64,000 bases of DNA from assembly GCA_965240465.1 (NCBI GenBank), contig OZ251219.1, positions 1,344,001 through 1,408,000 of the forward strand, in the 5' to 3' direction. Origin of the DNA: a bacterium (GTDB lineage: Bacteria > SAR324 > JACQKK01). A program made the position numbers and the translations under genes. Within the stretch, counting starts at the first letter, position 1. The number at the start of each line of letters is the position of its first letter. Shown piece by piece: positions 11,205 to 20,404 of the stretch. The notes below the pieces were generated by a model. It did no database searches, was not told the origin of the DNA, and saw nothing but the letters and a program-made list of their open reading frames with translations.

Positions 11205-11271
11205 GTGGACTGACGATTTCTCAAAGCTGAGGAATGCCCTGGTCTTTCACACACATATTAGAGGATTACCG

Positions 11272-13161
11272 ATGAAAAAATCATCACTGCTCTCAGCTAG
11301 TTGTGTTGTGGCTTTATTTTTAGCTAGCTGCGGGGGGAGTAGTAGTGTCGGGGGTGGAGGTGGTGGATCTGCTGATACCGACGGCGATGGCATTCCTGAC
11401 TCTGCTGATGTAGATGACGACAATGATGGCGTACCTGACACTGATGATAGCTGTCCCAGAGGTATAATTGGCACTGGCAGCACCGATATTGACACAGACG
11501 GCTGTAAAGATGATGGCGAAGATGTAGATGACAACAACAACGGTCTGATAGAGATTGCCAGTGCTACCGAGCTAGACAACATCCGCCATAATTTGGCAGG
11601 CACTAGCTATAATGATGGCACGAATGCTCCATCTAATGCGGGCTGTCCCAGCACAGGTTGCAATGGCTACGAACTAGCTGGCAACATTGATCTTTCTTCC
11701 ATTACCAACTTTGTTCCCATTGGTAGCCTATCCAATCCTTTTTCTGCTACCTTAGAAGGCAATAATAAAATCATCAGTGGCTTAAACATTGCCACCGATA
11801 CCACCTACTACACGGGATTCTTTGCGGTATCTAGTGGCAAAGTACAAAACTTCTCCTTTGCAAAAAGTACAACAGGTTCAGTTGCCAGTAGCAATAGTGG
11901 TGGTTTTGGTAATCCCAACTATGTAGGTGTTTTAGCAGGCAGAAATAATGGAACAATATCGGGTGTTTCTTCGGGGCTGGTTTCTGCTGGCACAGGTGAC
12001 AGTAGCTATGTAGGCGGCTTGGTAGGTGATAATGATGGCACTATTCAAAATAGCTCTGCCACTGGCGATGCCACTGGCAGTAAGGGTACTAGCTATGTGG
12101 GTGGCTTGGTAGGTTGGAATGATGGCACTATTCAAAATAGCTCTGCCACTGGCGATGCCGATGGCGGTGGGGGTACTAACTCTGTGGGTGGCTTGGTAGG
12201 TGTTAATACTGGTACTATTCAAAATAGCTCTGCCACTGGCTCTGCCGATGGCGGTGCTGGTGATGACTTTGTGGGTGGCTTAGTAGGTTTTAATAGTGAT
12301 GGCACTATTCAAAATAGTTATGCCACTGGCGATGCCTATGGCAGAGCTGGTAATTCTGACAATGTGGGTGGCTTGGTAGGTTTTGGTGGTGGCACCATCC
12401 AATATAGTTATGCCACTGGCTCTGCCTATGGCAGAGCTGGTAATTCTGACAATGTGGGTGGCTTGGTAGGTTATAATATTGATGGCACCATCGGTAATAG
12501 CTATGCCACTGGCTCTACCTATGGCAGAGCTGGTGATAATGATTGGGTGGGTGGCTTGGTAGGTTATAATTTTGTTGGCACCATCAGAAATAGTTATGCC
12601 ACTGGCTCTGCTGATGGCGGTGGTGGTAGTGACATTGTGGGTGGCTTGGTAGGTTCTAATGATAGTGGCACCATCATCAGTAACAGCTACGCCACTGGCT
12701 CTGCCACTGGCGGTGCTGGTGATGACAAGGTGGGTGGCTTAGTGGGATATGATAATAGTCAATATGCTCCTTTAACCATCAGTAACAGTTATGCCTTAGG
12801 CAATGTGGTTGGGGGCGATGGAGCCGATAGCGTGGGTCGCTTGCTTGGCAAGAAAGAGACTGGGACTACTTATACAATTACAATTACCCGCAGCTATTAT
12901 AATAGTGATAGTACCTTCGTTGTTTCTAACGAGGATACCGAACTGACCCTTTCAGATGCCGAGGCTACTGGCAAAACCAGCCTACAACTAAAAGCCTTGG
13001 ATGCCAACACTACAGGCTGGAGTGCTGACGACTGGGATTTCACGGATGATTTCTACCCCACTCTGAAGTCTTATGAAGAAGATGCCGATGGTACCCGAGT
13101 TATCCCCAGTGAATTACTCTGTGGGCAGCCCTCCGATTTCGTTCAGTGTGTTACGCCTTAG
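11272..13161 (+). CDS. Surface lipoprotein, short TSP3-like region plus GLUG repeats (array copy 4)
   Basis: Start moved to ATG 11272 (MKKSSLLSASCVVALFLAS-C). Stalk only about 55 aa, 9 VGGLVG repeats, and the same C-terminal LLCGQP..FVQC. Confidence 0.85.
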   Translation: MKKSSLLSASCVVALFLASCGGSSSVGGGGGGSADTDGDGIPDSADVDDDNDGVPDTDDSCPRGIIGTGSTDIDTDGCKDDGEDVDDNNNGLIEIASATELDNIRHNLAGTSYNDGTNAPSNAGCPSTGCNGYELAGNIDLSSITNFVPIGSLSNPFSATLEGNNKIISGLNIATDTTYYTGFFAVSSGKVQNFSFAKSTTGSVASSNSGGFGNPNYVGVLAGRNNGTISGVSSGLVSAGTGDSSYVGGLVGDNDGTIQNSSATGDATGSKGTSYVGGLVGWNDGTIQNSSATGDADGGGGTNSVGGLVGVNTGTIQNSSATGSADGGAGDDFVGGLVGFNSDGTIQNSYATGDAYGRAGNSDNVGGLVGFGGGTIQYSYATGSAYGRAGNSDNVGGLVGYNIDGTIGNSYATGSTYGRAGDNDWVGGLVGYNFVGTIRNSYATGSADGGGGSDIVGGLVGSNDSGTIISNSYATGSATGGAGDDKVGGLVGYDNSQYAPLTISNSYALGNVVGGDGADSVGRLLGKKETGTTYTITITRSYYNSDSTFVVSNEDTELTLSDAEATGKTSLQLKALDANTTGWSADDWDFTDDFYPTLKSYEEDADGTRVIPSELLCGQPSDFVQCVTP

Positions 13162-13173
13162 GTGAGGGCGAGG

Positions 13174-14466
13174 CTAATGCCCGTGCCAGCTTTGGCAGAG
13201 GTGTTTATCGGAGATGGGTAGGATGGGAACCAGTCGCATCATGTAGAGAACGCTGAGCAGGAACATTGCCCCGAATCCGAGCGTGATGAGTATTTCCATT
13301 AACCCAAAGAGGAATTGCGGATTTTCATGTCGGTCTTGAATGGAAGGTACCACCAGCAAGTAATGAGCCCACCATTGAGCAATCAACAACACTAAGGCAA
13401 TGCTCGCGGTGATGATTGGAGTACGGCAGATAGTCCGCGAGATGAGGGTAATAAAGGGGAGTACAAAGAGCAGTCCGAAGAGTATCCAGAACAAAGGTCT
13501 CCAAGGGGTGGGAGCGATAGAACGGGTGACTAGAAAGGGTGCTTCTTCGGCTAGATTGCTGTACCAAATGACCAGATACTGAGAAAAAGCCATGTAGACA
13601 TAGAGCATGGCAATAGCAAAGGTAAGTTTGGCGAGGTCGTTATAGCGATTGATGGTCATGTACTTGTTCAGGATGGTTTTTCTGTGTAGGAAGGCGATGA
13701 TAATAAGCATCAGTGCCAATGCCGAGTATAGATTGCCGACAAAGAAGAATACGCCAAATAAGGTGCTAAACCACTCTTGGTCCAGAGACATGACATAATC
13801 AAATGCGACCATAGAGAAAACTACTGCATAGAGCAGTGCCAAAGCGGGAGCTAAGCGGCGGGCATTAAGCTCTTTTTTATTTTTTTGGGTATTATGGTCG
13901 TAGTTTTTCAGTAATTTTTCAGCATTTTTTCCTCCCCACTGAGGGATTAAAGCACGTGCCTCAGCGAGGTCTGGCAACAGGGAGTTGTTGACATAAATTC
14001 GGCTAAGCAAAAGGAGCATTCCCAGCCCGATTGTGTTACGGGTGAGGAAAAAGGGCAGATTAAGATAAGATGCCTTGGCAGGTAGAGGGTCGTGTACCCA
14101 CTCAAACAGGTGGGATGCCCCAAAACTGATTGCAATAAAGGTCAGAAAGGCTAGTGGTAGAAAAGCTGAGAAGCATTCAGCAACGCGTTTATAAGGTCGT
14201 CCCCACTTAGCATCGGTGATTTGCCAAATGACCGAAAGCATCACTCCTGCTTGGGCGATACCACCCCAGAAGAGAGTGTTAACTAAGAAGATTTGCCAAG
14301 TGCGTTCTGGTTGGTTGTTATAGAGTCCATAGATAAACATGCCGCTCCCTACGATCACAAATCCCCAGAGCAAACTACGCCAACCACTACGCAGGATAGG
14401 ATTTCCTGTTTCCAGAATGTCTTTCAGCTCAGCTAAGGGCATGATAATAGGCATGATAATAGGCAA
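13174..14466 (-). CDS. actF: Alternative complex III membrane subunit F
   Basis: Polytopic membrane protein with W.RP..R.AE, DYVMSL...WFSTLFG and SQYLVIWYSNL.EE motifs. Last gene of the act cluster; the start is ambiguous because of a 12-bp repeat. Confidence 0.8.
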   Translation of the reverse strand: MPIIMPIIMPLAELKDILETGNPILRSGWRSLLWGFVIVGSGMFIYGLYNNQPERTWQIFLVNTLFWGGIAQAGVMLSVIWQITDAKWGRPYKRVAECFSAFLPLAFLTFIAISFGASHLFEWVHDPLPAKASYLNLPFFLTRNTIGLGMLLLLSRIYVNNSLLPDLAEARALIPQWGGKNAEKLLKNYDHNTQKNKKELNARRLAPALALLYAVVFSMVAFDYVMSLDQEWFSTLFGVFFFVGNLYSALALMLIIIAFLHRKTILNKYMTINRYNDLAKLTFAIAMLYVYMAFSQYLVIWYSNLAEEAPFLVTRSIAPTPWRPLFWILFGLLFVLPFITLISRTICRTPIITASIALVLLIAQWWAHYLLVVPSIQDRHENPQFLFGLMEILITLGFGAMFLLSVLYMMRLVPILPISDKHLCQSWHGH

Positions 14467-14490
14467 TGATAATAGGCGTGATAATAGGCG
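14438..14490. repeat. 12-13 bp tandem repeat (ggcatgataata) x4 spanning the actE-actF junction
   Basis: Units at 14438, 14450, 14462 (13 bp) and 14475; gives MPIIMPIIMP. Confidence 0.85.
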
Positions 14491-15123
14491 TTAGAAGCGT
14501 TCGGAACGCAAGTAATGGATGATTTCCCAGCGATCTGTGGGAGTAGTCTGGTGAGCATAAGAAGGCATAATGCCTCCTCCATAACGGATGAGGTTATAGA
14601 TATGGGCATCAGATAGCAAGGTCAGCAGTTGATGCAGTGGTGGTGCGGGCATGCCTCGTTTTACGACGATGGTATCGGCATTGCCGTAGACGCCATGACA
14701 TACAGCACAATAGCGTCCGTACAGAATTTTGCCTCGTTCAACGGAGTCTTTGGTGATTGGCAGGGTGTTGCGGGGTTGAACATTTCGCAAAAGACGCCCA
14801 TTAGAGAGGGCTTTAGCAGGAATAAAAGGCTCGCGTCCGCTACGAGGCACTGATTCTGTAGGAAAAGTTTGCAGAGTACCCTCTTCCTGAGGTTTTAGGT
14901 GTGGCATGTTAAACATATCAAGGAACCAATCCCAAGATTTGCCATCAAACCAAGGGCGAGAGAGGTCATAAGAGGTGTAGTAGTTTGTGGTTTTAGTTCT
15001 ACTGGCACTGGCAGCCAGCCAGAAGCTGGTAAGTATTATCATTCCCAATAGACTAGCACTCCCGTAGAGAAGCCATAGACGCCAGCACGCGCGAGATGCA
15101 TGATTTTTAGCTACCTTTTTCAT
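14491..15123 (-). CDS. actE: Alternative complex III monoheme cytochrome c subunit E
   Basis: Single CAVCH, DM...P.LKPQE, MPSYA...DRWEIIHY; position in the operon. Confidence 0.75.
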   Translation of the reverse strand: MKKVAKNHASRACWRLWLLYGSASLLGMIILTSFWLAASASRTKTTNYYTSYDLSRPWFDGKSWDWFLDMFNMPHLKPQEEGTLQTFPTESVPRSGREPFIPAKALSNGRLLRNVQPRNTLPITKDSVERGKILYGRYCAVCHGVYGNADTIVVKRGMPAPPLHQLLTLLSDAHIYNLIRYGGGIMPSYAHQTTPTDRWEIIHYLRSERF

Positions 15124-15715
15124 GAACCACCTTTTCTGCCCCGTGATGAAGCATGAGCTTTTTGATGTTGTTTAATTGTGCTTCTTCGCATGGGACTGCC
15201 ACCCCAAAGCGGTCTAAAGAGAACCTGCCATAGTTTAAGAATTCCTCAGATCGCGGCAGAGGTTGTTTTCTTAATGAGATATAACCTAAGAGGAAAATCC
15301 CCACCGCGGTTGCCAGACCACTCAGCAAGACCATTAGCTCAAAGCCGATTATGCTAAAGGCAGGGATACTAATAATAGGCTTGCTGCTTACTGGTAGCAC
15401 CCAATCCATAGCAGTCCAAGTAGGTAGTCCGTAGCCAAAGAACAACCCCATCGCCCCAAAAACTAGGGTGATGAAAGGTAGCTTACTCTGAGGCGAGCCT
15501 AAGGCGTGTTCCAGCTCGTGTCGGGGGCAAGGAGAAAGTACAGACGGTCGCGAACCCTTCTGACGCAAAGCCTTAATGCAAGCCACTGTTTCATCAAGAT
15601 AGGCAAAGCTTGCCCAGATCCCCTCAAATTTGTGCGGGAACAGCAATCGCTCTTTCAAACGGGAAATATCCGTCAGCAATTTGAGCGTTTTAATCTTGAA
15701 TTTTAGTTTAGCCAT
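15107..15715 (-). CDS. actD: Alternative complex III subunit D (DUF3341-like)
   Basis: Two TM segments, SPCP.H.L..ALG, DW.L.V..KP, P.F.II.FEL; lies between actC and actE. Confidence 0.75.
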   Translation of the reverse strand: MAKLKFKIKTLKLLTDISRLKERLLFPHKFEGIWASFAYLDETVACIKALRQKGSRPSVLSPCPRHELEHALGSPQSKLPFITLVFGAMGLFFGYGLPTWTAMDWVLPVSSKPIISIPAFSIIGFELMVLLSGLATAVGIFLLGYISLRKQPLPRSEEFLNYGRFSLDRFGVAVPCEEAQLNNIKKLMLHHGAEKVVHEKGS

Positions 15716-15752
15716 AATTTACTTTCATGTTTTAAGAAACACTCAAAGTACT

Positions 15753-17117
15753 TTAGCGAGCAGCACTTTTTATAGGAGGTGGCAGCCCTTCCTTTACCTC
15801 GGCAATGGCTAAGCTAGGCATCGCTCGCATGAATAAGATGAACAAGGTAAAGAAAAATCCAAAGCTACCCAAAGTAATTCCAAATTCAATGATGGTAGGA
15901 TGATAACTCCCCCAGTTAGTAGGATTAAAGTCTCTTTGCAGCGAGCTGACTACGATATTAAAACGCTCAAACCACATGCCGATGTTTATAAAAATAGAAA
16001 TCACAAACAAGGCAATCGGATTACTACGAATCCTAAAACGCCACAAGGGTAAGGGGACAATCACATTGCAGAATATCATCAGCCAGAAAGCTATCTGTGG
16101 AAAACCAAAAGCTCCTTTATCGCTCACAGGGTCTAGGCTACCGGGCTCTCCAAAGGGGCGGAAGTAAAATATGGCACGCTCAAAAGGAACTCCGCTGTAC
16201 CAAGCAATAAAGAACTCCACTATGTAAGCATAGCCCACAATTATAGAAGTGAATAGGATAACCCGTGCCATGCTCTGCAGGACATGCGTGGTAATGTACT
16301 TTTGCCATCCAAACACCACCCGCATGGGGATCACGATGGTTAATACCATCGCCAACCCAGAAAAAATAGCTCCAGCCACAAAATAAGGGGCAAAGATAGT
16401 AGTATGCCAGCCGGGTATCAGCGACATGGCGAAATCCCAAGAGACAATGGAATGCACCGAAAATACTAAGGGAGTAGCAAAAGCAGCCAATAACAGATAG
16501 CCACGCGTAAAATGCGTCCACTGCTGATAGGAGTTATTCCAACCGATGGATAGCATAGAATATATCTTTCGCCTCAGTCCAGCAGCACTGTCTCTTAAAG
16601 AGGCTAAATCAGGGATCAAGCCCACAATAAAGAAGGTGATGGAGATGGTCAGATAAGTGCTTACCGCGAACACATCCCATACCAATGGAGATTTGAAATT
16701 CACCCAGAGCAATCGCTGATTAGGATAGGGAATCAGCCAATAGGCATACCAAATGCGACCAACATGAATAAGCGGAAACAGCCCCGCGGTCATAACTGCA
16801 AATACGGTCATCGCCTCGGCAGCCCGATAAACAGGGGCACGCCACGGAGCACGCGTCAGAAAAAACACGGCTGAGATCAGAGTGCCTGCGTGACCAATCC
16901 CCACCCAAAAGACAAAATTAGTGATATACACTCCCCAGCCAATCGGGTGCGAAATGCCACTTAATCCCAAGCCAACATCAATCTGGATTGCTAAGCTAAT
17001 TACACCAATCCCCAAAGCTGTCACAAAGCCTATCAACAGCAGAAAATAGGCAGGCTTAGGACGCTCCAGTGTCTTTAGGACATCGTGATTTACCTCAGCA
17101 TAGCTAATTGATTTCAT
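15753..17117 (-). CDS. actC: Alternative complex III quinol-binding subunit C (NrfD/PsrC family)
   Basis: WGVYITNFVFWVGIGHAGTLISA, R.AEAMT.FA, SPLVWDVFAVSTY, SVHSIVSWDFA, GWHTTIF.PYFVAGA. Confidence 0.9.
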   Translation of the reverse strand: MKSISYAEVNHDVLKTLERPKPAYFLLLIGFVTALGIGVISLAIQIDVGLGLSGISHPIGWGVYITNFVFWVGIGHAGTLISAVFFLTRAPWRAPVYRAAEAMTVFAVMTAGLFPLIHVGRIWYAYWLIPYPNQRLLWVNFKSPLVWDVFAVSTYLTISITFFIVGLIPDLASLRDSAAGLRRKIYSMLSIGWNNSYQQWTHFTRGYLLLAAFATPLVFSVHSIVSWDFAMSLIPGWHTTIFAPYFVAGAIFSGLAMVLTIVIPMRVVFGWQKYITTHVLQSMARVILFTSIIVGYAYIVEFFIAWYSGVPFERAIFYFRPFGEPGSLDPVSDKGAFGFPQIAFWLMIFCNVIVPLPLWRFRIRSNPIALFVISIFINIGMWFERFNIVVSSLQRDFNPTNWGSYHPTIIEFGITLGSFGFFFTLFILFMRAMPSLAIAEVKEGLPPPIKSAAR

Positions 17118-17156
17118 GTTTCCTTAGTTAGAACATCAGAACACCTCTAGCGAGGC

Positions 17157-17223
17157 TCAGCTATGTTTGCCCATTGCATCAGCTATGTTTGCCCATTGCA
17201 TCAGCTATGTTTGCCCGATTGCA
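17157..17223. repeat. 22-bp tandem repeat x3 (tcagctatgtttgcccattgca) duplicating the actB stop-codon region
   Basis: Exact units at 17157-17178 and 17179-17200; the third (17201-17223, one extra base) is the coding end of actB. Confidence 0.9.
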
Positions 17224-20200
17224 ATAAGTAGGTGCGAGGTGGGTGCGAGGTGGTAGGTGCAAGGTGACCGAGACCGCTACTCTCAGGCTTTTTAATCCCC
17301 TCATTTTCATTATCCTTAGTCCCCATGGATTTCGGTATAGGTTGGTAGGTTATTTTGCGTAAGTAGGTGACCGCAGGCAGTTGATTGAGTTCTTCTAGCA
17401 CTTCATATTGCCTGACCCGACCACTTCGGTTGCTACGGGCAGCTTTTTTGGAAACTTCGCTATTAGCATCGGTCAGGTTGCCAAAGGTAATCGCTTGAGT
17501 GGGGCAGGTTTGGGCACAAGCTGGAGTTATTTCGCCATCTTGGATGTTACGCCCTTTTCCTTGGGCCGTTCTGCGGGCTTTGTTGATACGCTGTACGCAG
17601 AAGGTGCATTTTTCCATAATTCCCTTAGAGCGTACGGTGACATCGGGGTTAAGTTGTAGTTCCAAGGGGGATTCCCACTGGTAATTGAACCAGTTAAAGC
17701 GGCGAACTTTGTAGACACAGTTGTTAGAGCAATATCGGGTTCCCACACAGCGATTATACACTTGTGCATTTAGTCCTTCCGAATTGTGATAAGTGGCAAA
17801 AACAGGGCAGACACTCTCACAGCCAGCATTACCGCATTGCTGACAAAACATGGGTTGGTTCACCACTACTGAGTCATCGCCATCGCCCTCTACATAGCGA
17901 TTGATGGTTAGCCATGCCATTTCTCGCCCTAGTTTTACTAGTTCCTTACCTACTACGGGGATATTGTTTTCAGCATAGCAGGCTACCACGCAGGCATTAC
18001 AGCCATTGCAGCTATCCAAGTCTACGCTCATTCCCCAGCGATATGGGTCGTGATAGCCCGGTACTTTTTCTTCAACTGGTTTATAAAAACTAACGTTCTT
18101 GTGGCTACTATGATGCTTATGTACGGGTGATTTCCCTTGTTGAGCTGATTTCAGGGTTTGTATTTGAGCGATTTCTCGTCCTTGTTGGCGGCTGGTGAAA
18201 TCGGTTTGGGTCATGTTGCCATCTTGGTGGAGGCCTTTAATTTGTACCCGAGTGGAAAGCCAAGCGGCTTCGCCCGAGTGGGGATCGGCTAGGGGAGGCA
18301 GTAGATTGACGACATTAACTCCTATATTTTTGGCAGTCTTGCCAGCCACGGTACGTCCTAGGCCACTGGGGATGGCTACCGCGTCGCGATGTATGCCATA
18401 GCTCAACCAAGCGGGGACTTCCAATTGACCGTAGGGGCTGGTGATGCGTACTTGTTCTCCGTGAGCGATTTTCAATTTGCGGGCGGTATTGGGATGTATT
18501 TCCATCCATGATCCCCAAGCTACTTTGGTTATTTGGTCGGGGATTTCCTGTAGCCACGGGTTGCTAGCACTTTTACCGTCGGCACTATGGCGTGGAGATG
18601 AGGAAGCAATAAGTACTAAGCCTTTCCCAGTAAATTTGGCATTTGCAGAGCGTTGCCGAAAAGCATTGACATTGATATTAGGCGTACTTTTATCCTCCAC
18701 CTTACGAAATACTCCTCCTCGTTGTAGGCCCGAACGCCAGAAAGTTTCAAAGTTTCCTCCTACCTCCCACTGACGCTTTAATTCTCGCCATTGGTTTTGG
18801 AGGATGTCCTTGTAGTCGGAGTATTTTTCAAATTCCCTGCTTCCTATGGCTTTGGAAATGTTTATCAGGGTATCTTCAGCGGCTTTAACTGGGTGCAGGG
18901 GTGTCATGACTGGTTGTAGGAGGGAGGCTATTCCTGATCGGGGGAAGGCATCTCCCCAGCGTTCAAAAGAACTTAAACTGGGTAGCGAAACATGGGCTTT
19001 GGCGGTGGTTTCATCTTGCATTGAATTGAGGCTTACCAGCATCCCCGATGCTTGCAATCTTTGCAAAGCTCCCGCGAAGCGAGCAGAACTGGGGAGCATG
19101 TAGAGCGGGTTACAATTATCAACGATAAGCAGCTGTACCTCCAAGTTATAGATACGCTCAACAAGGGTTTCTATTTCGCTCCAAGTGGCTGGGGCGTGAA
19201 TCTGTGTTTGTCCCTTAAAAACGACGGTGCGTCCTATGTTATCAGCCAGATAGTTTAGAATTGCGACTGCCAACTGAGTCCGACTGCTTCCAGTGGAAGC
19301 TGTGCTACGTCCGCCTGCCAGTGCCAAACTGGGAGAAGTCGCTACGAATTCACGGGCAACCAAACGCAACTTGGATTCTTCTATTCCACATACTCTGACT
19401 GCATTAGCTATGCTGTGTCCTCGCAGATAACCTTTTATGGTATCAACATTTGGTGGCTTTTTACCGCGTACTCGCAATAATTCGCTGGCTAGCCCCAGGG
19501 CTAATTCGGCTTCGGTCCCAGGCCTTATGTTTAGCCACAAGTCAGCATTGGACCCTGTTAAAGACCTATGCGGTCCGATATGCACAAACTTTCCTCCTCG
19601 GCGACGGCGGGCATCGTCATAGGAGTGCATGTCAGCAAAGCGGCGAGCATTTTCTACGGGGTTTTGCCATGTTTCCAAGAAGTCGCTACCGAAATTGAGC
19701 AAATAGCGGGCTTTTTCAATCCGATGCTCAGGTACCTCGTTAAAGCCAAGCAGTTTTTTATAAGCCCAACGCAAGCTATGATGAGTATCGGCAGCCAAGA
19801 CCACCTTAGGGGATATGCCCAAACTGCGTGTCCAGCGGTCTAGAAACCCTCCGCGACTACCAGCGACATTATCGGTTAGTAGTACTGCTTGGGTGGGATT
19901 GCTCAGCGATTTCAATTTATCAGCTACTTGCTGTTCTGCCTTTTGCCAAGCGATTTCTTGCCAACGACCGCGATCATCACGGTTTCTAGCAGTTTTCAAG
20001 CGATCTGGGTTGTAATGTGTTTGTAGCGATGCCTGTCCTCTGGCACAAAGCCGTCCTTGGTTAATGGGATGATCTGGGTTGCCTTCTGCTTTAATTGGGC
20101 GACCTTCGCGGGTTTTGATTATCATTCCGCAATGGGCATCGCACTCCATGCAGGTGGTGGCATATTCCAAGGGCACCCCAGGGACGTACTCCACTCCCTC

Positions 20201-20392
20201 GGGGACGGTCAGGTAAGGGATTAGCTTTTCGGGCTTGTCCTTACAAGCACTGAGAGCCGCGGCAGCTCCGCCAGATGCCAGTACCTTGAAAAATTCACGC
20301 CTTTTCAATCCATTGCTCAATCCATTGCTCAATCCATTGCCCAATCCATTGCCATTAGAGGCATCCTGAGTATTGTCGCCATTTTTGCTCAT
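17201..20392 (-). CDS. actB: Alternative complex III subunit B (molybdopterin-oxidoreductase-like domain fused to a 4Fe-4S ferredoxin domain)
   Basis: Tat motif RREFFK followed by lipobox LSA-C; EGRPIKAEGNPDHP; C-terminal CNGCNACVVAC, CQQC...CESVCP, CVGTRYC.NNC, MEKCTFC, CAQTCP. Confidence 0.9.
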   Translation of the reverse strand: MSKNGDNTQDASNGNGLGNGLSNGLSNGLKRREFFKVLASGGAAAALSACKDKPEKLIPYLTVPEGVEYVPGVPLEYATTCMECDAHCGMIIKTREGRPIKAEGNPDHPINQGRLCARGQASLQTHYNPDRLKTARNRDDRGRWQEIAWQKAEQQVADKLKSLSNPTQAVLLTDNVAGSRGGFLDRWTRSLGISPKVVLAADTHHSLRWAYKKLLGFNEVPEHRIEKARYLLNFGSDFLETWQNPVENARRFADMHSYDDARRRRGGKFVHIGPHRSLTGSNADLWLNIRPGTEAELALGLASELLRVRGKKPPNVDTIKGYLRGHSIANAVRVCGIEESKLRLVAREFVATSPSLALAGGRSTASTGSSRTQLAVAILNYLADNIGRTVVFKGQTQIHAPATWSEIETLVERIYNLEVQLLIVDNCNPLYMLPSSARFAGALQRLQASGMLVSLNSMQDETTAKAHVSLPSLSSFERWGDAFPRSGIASLLQPVMTPLHPVKAAEDTLINISKAIGSREFEKYSDYKDILQNQWRELKRQWEVGGNFETFWRSGLQRGGVFRKVEDKSTPNINVNAFRQRSANAKFTGKGLVLIASSSPRHSADGKSASNPWLQEIPDQITKVAWGSWMEIHPNTARKLKIAHGEQVRITSPYGQLEVPAWLSYGIHRDAVAIPSGLGRTVAGKTAKNIGVNVVNLLPPLADPHSGEAAWLSTRVQIKGLHQDGNMTQTDFTSRQQGREIAQIQTLKSAQQGKSPVHKHHSSHKNVSFYKPVEEKVPGYHDPYRWGMSVDLDSCNGCNACVVACYAENNIPVVGKELVKLGREMAWLTINRYVEGDGDDSVVVNQPMFCQQCGNAGCESVCPVFATYHNSEGLNAQVYNRCVGTRYCSNNCVYKVRRFNWFNYQWESPLELQLNPDVTVRSKGIMEKCTFCVQRINKARRTAQGKGRNIQDGEITPACAQTCPTQAITFGNLTDANSEVSKKAARSNRSGRVRQYEVLEELNQLPAVTYLRKITYQPIPKSMGTKDNENEGIKKPESSGLGHLAPTTSHPPRTYLLQSGKHS

Positions 20393-20404
20393 AACGCTTA
20401 CTTT

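Noticed and set aside
23-12222. Many alternative-frame and antisense ORFs (Ser-rich or Met/Thr-rich) over the lipoprotein genes
   Set aside because: They are by-products of the GAC/GAT-rich and GGT-rich repeats, recur with the repeats, and have no RBS or domain signal.
17157-17223. Possible mini-CRISPR
   Set aside because: The repeats are head-to-tail with no spacers, copy the actB end, and no cas genes are present.
17201-20392. Calling this gene a catalytic molybdoenzyme (e.g. polysulfide or tetrathionate reductase)
   Set aside because: Fusion to the ferredoxin domain and the actA/C/D/E/F context identify ACIII; Mo-cofactor binding cannot be judged by eye.
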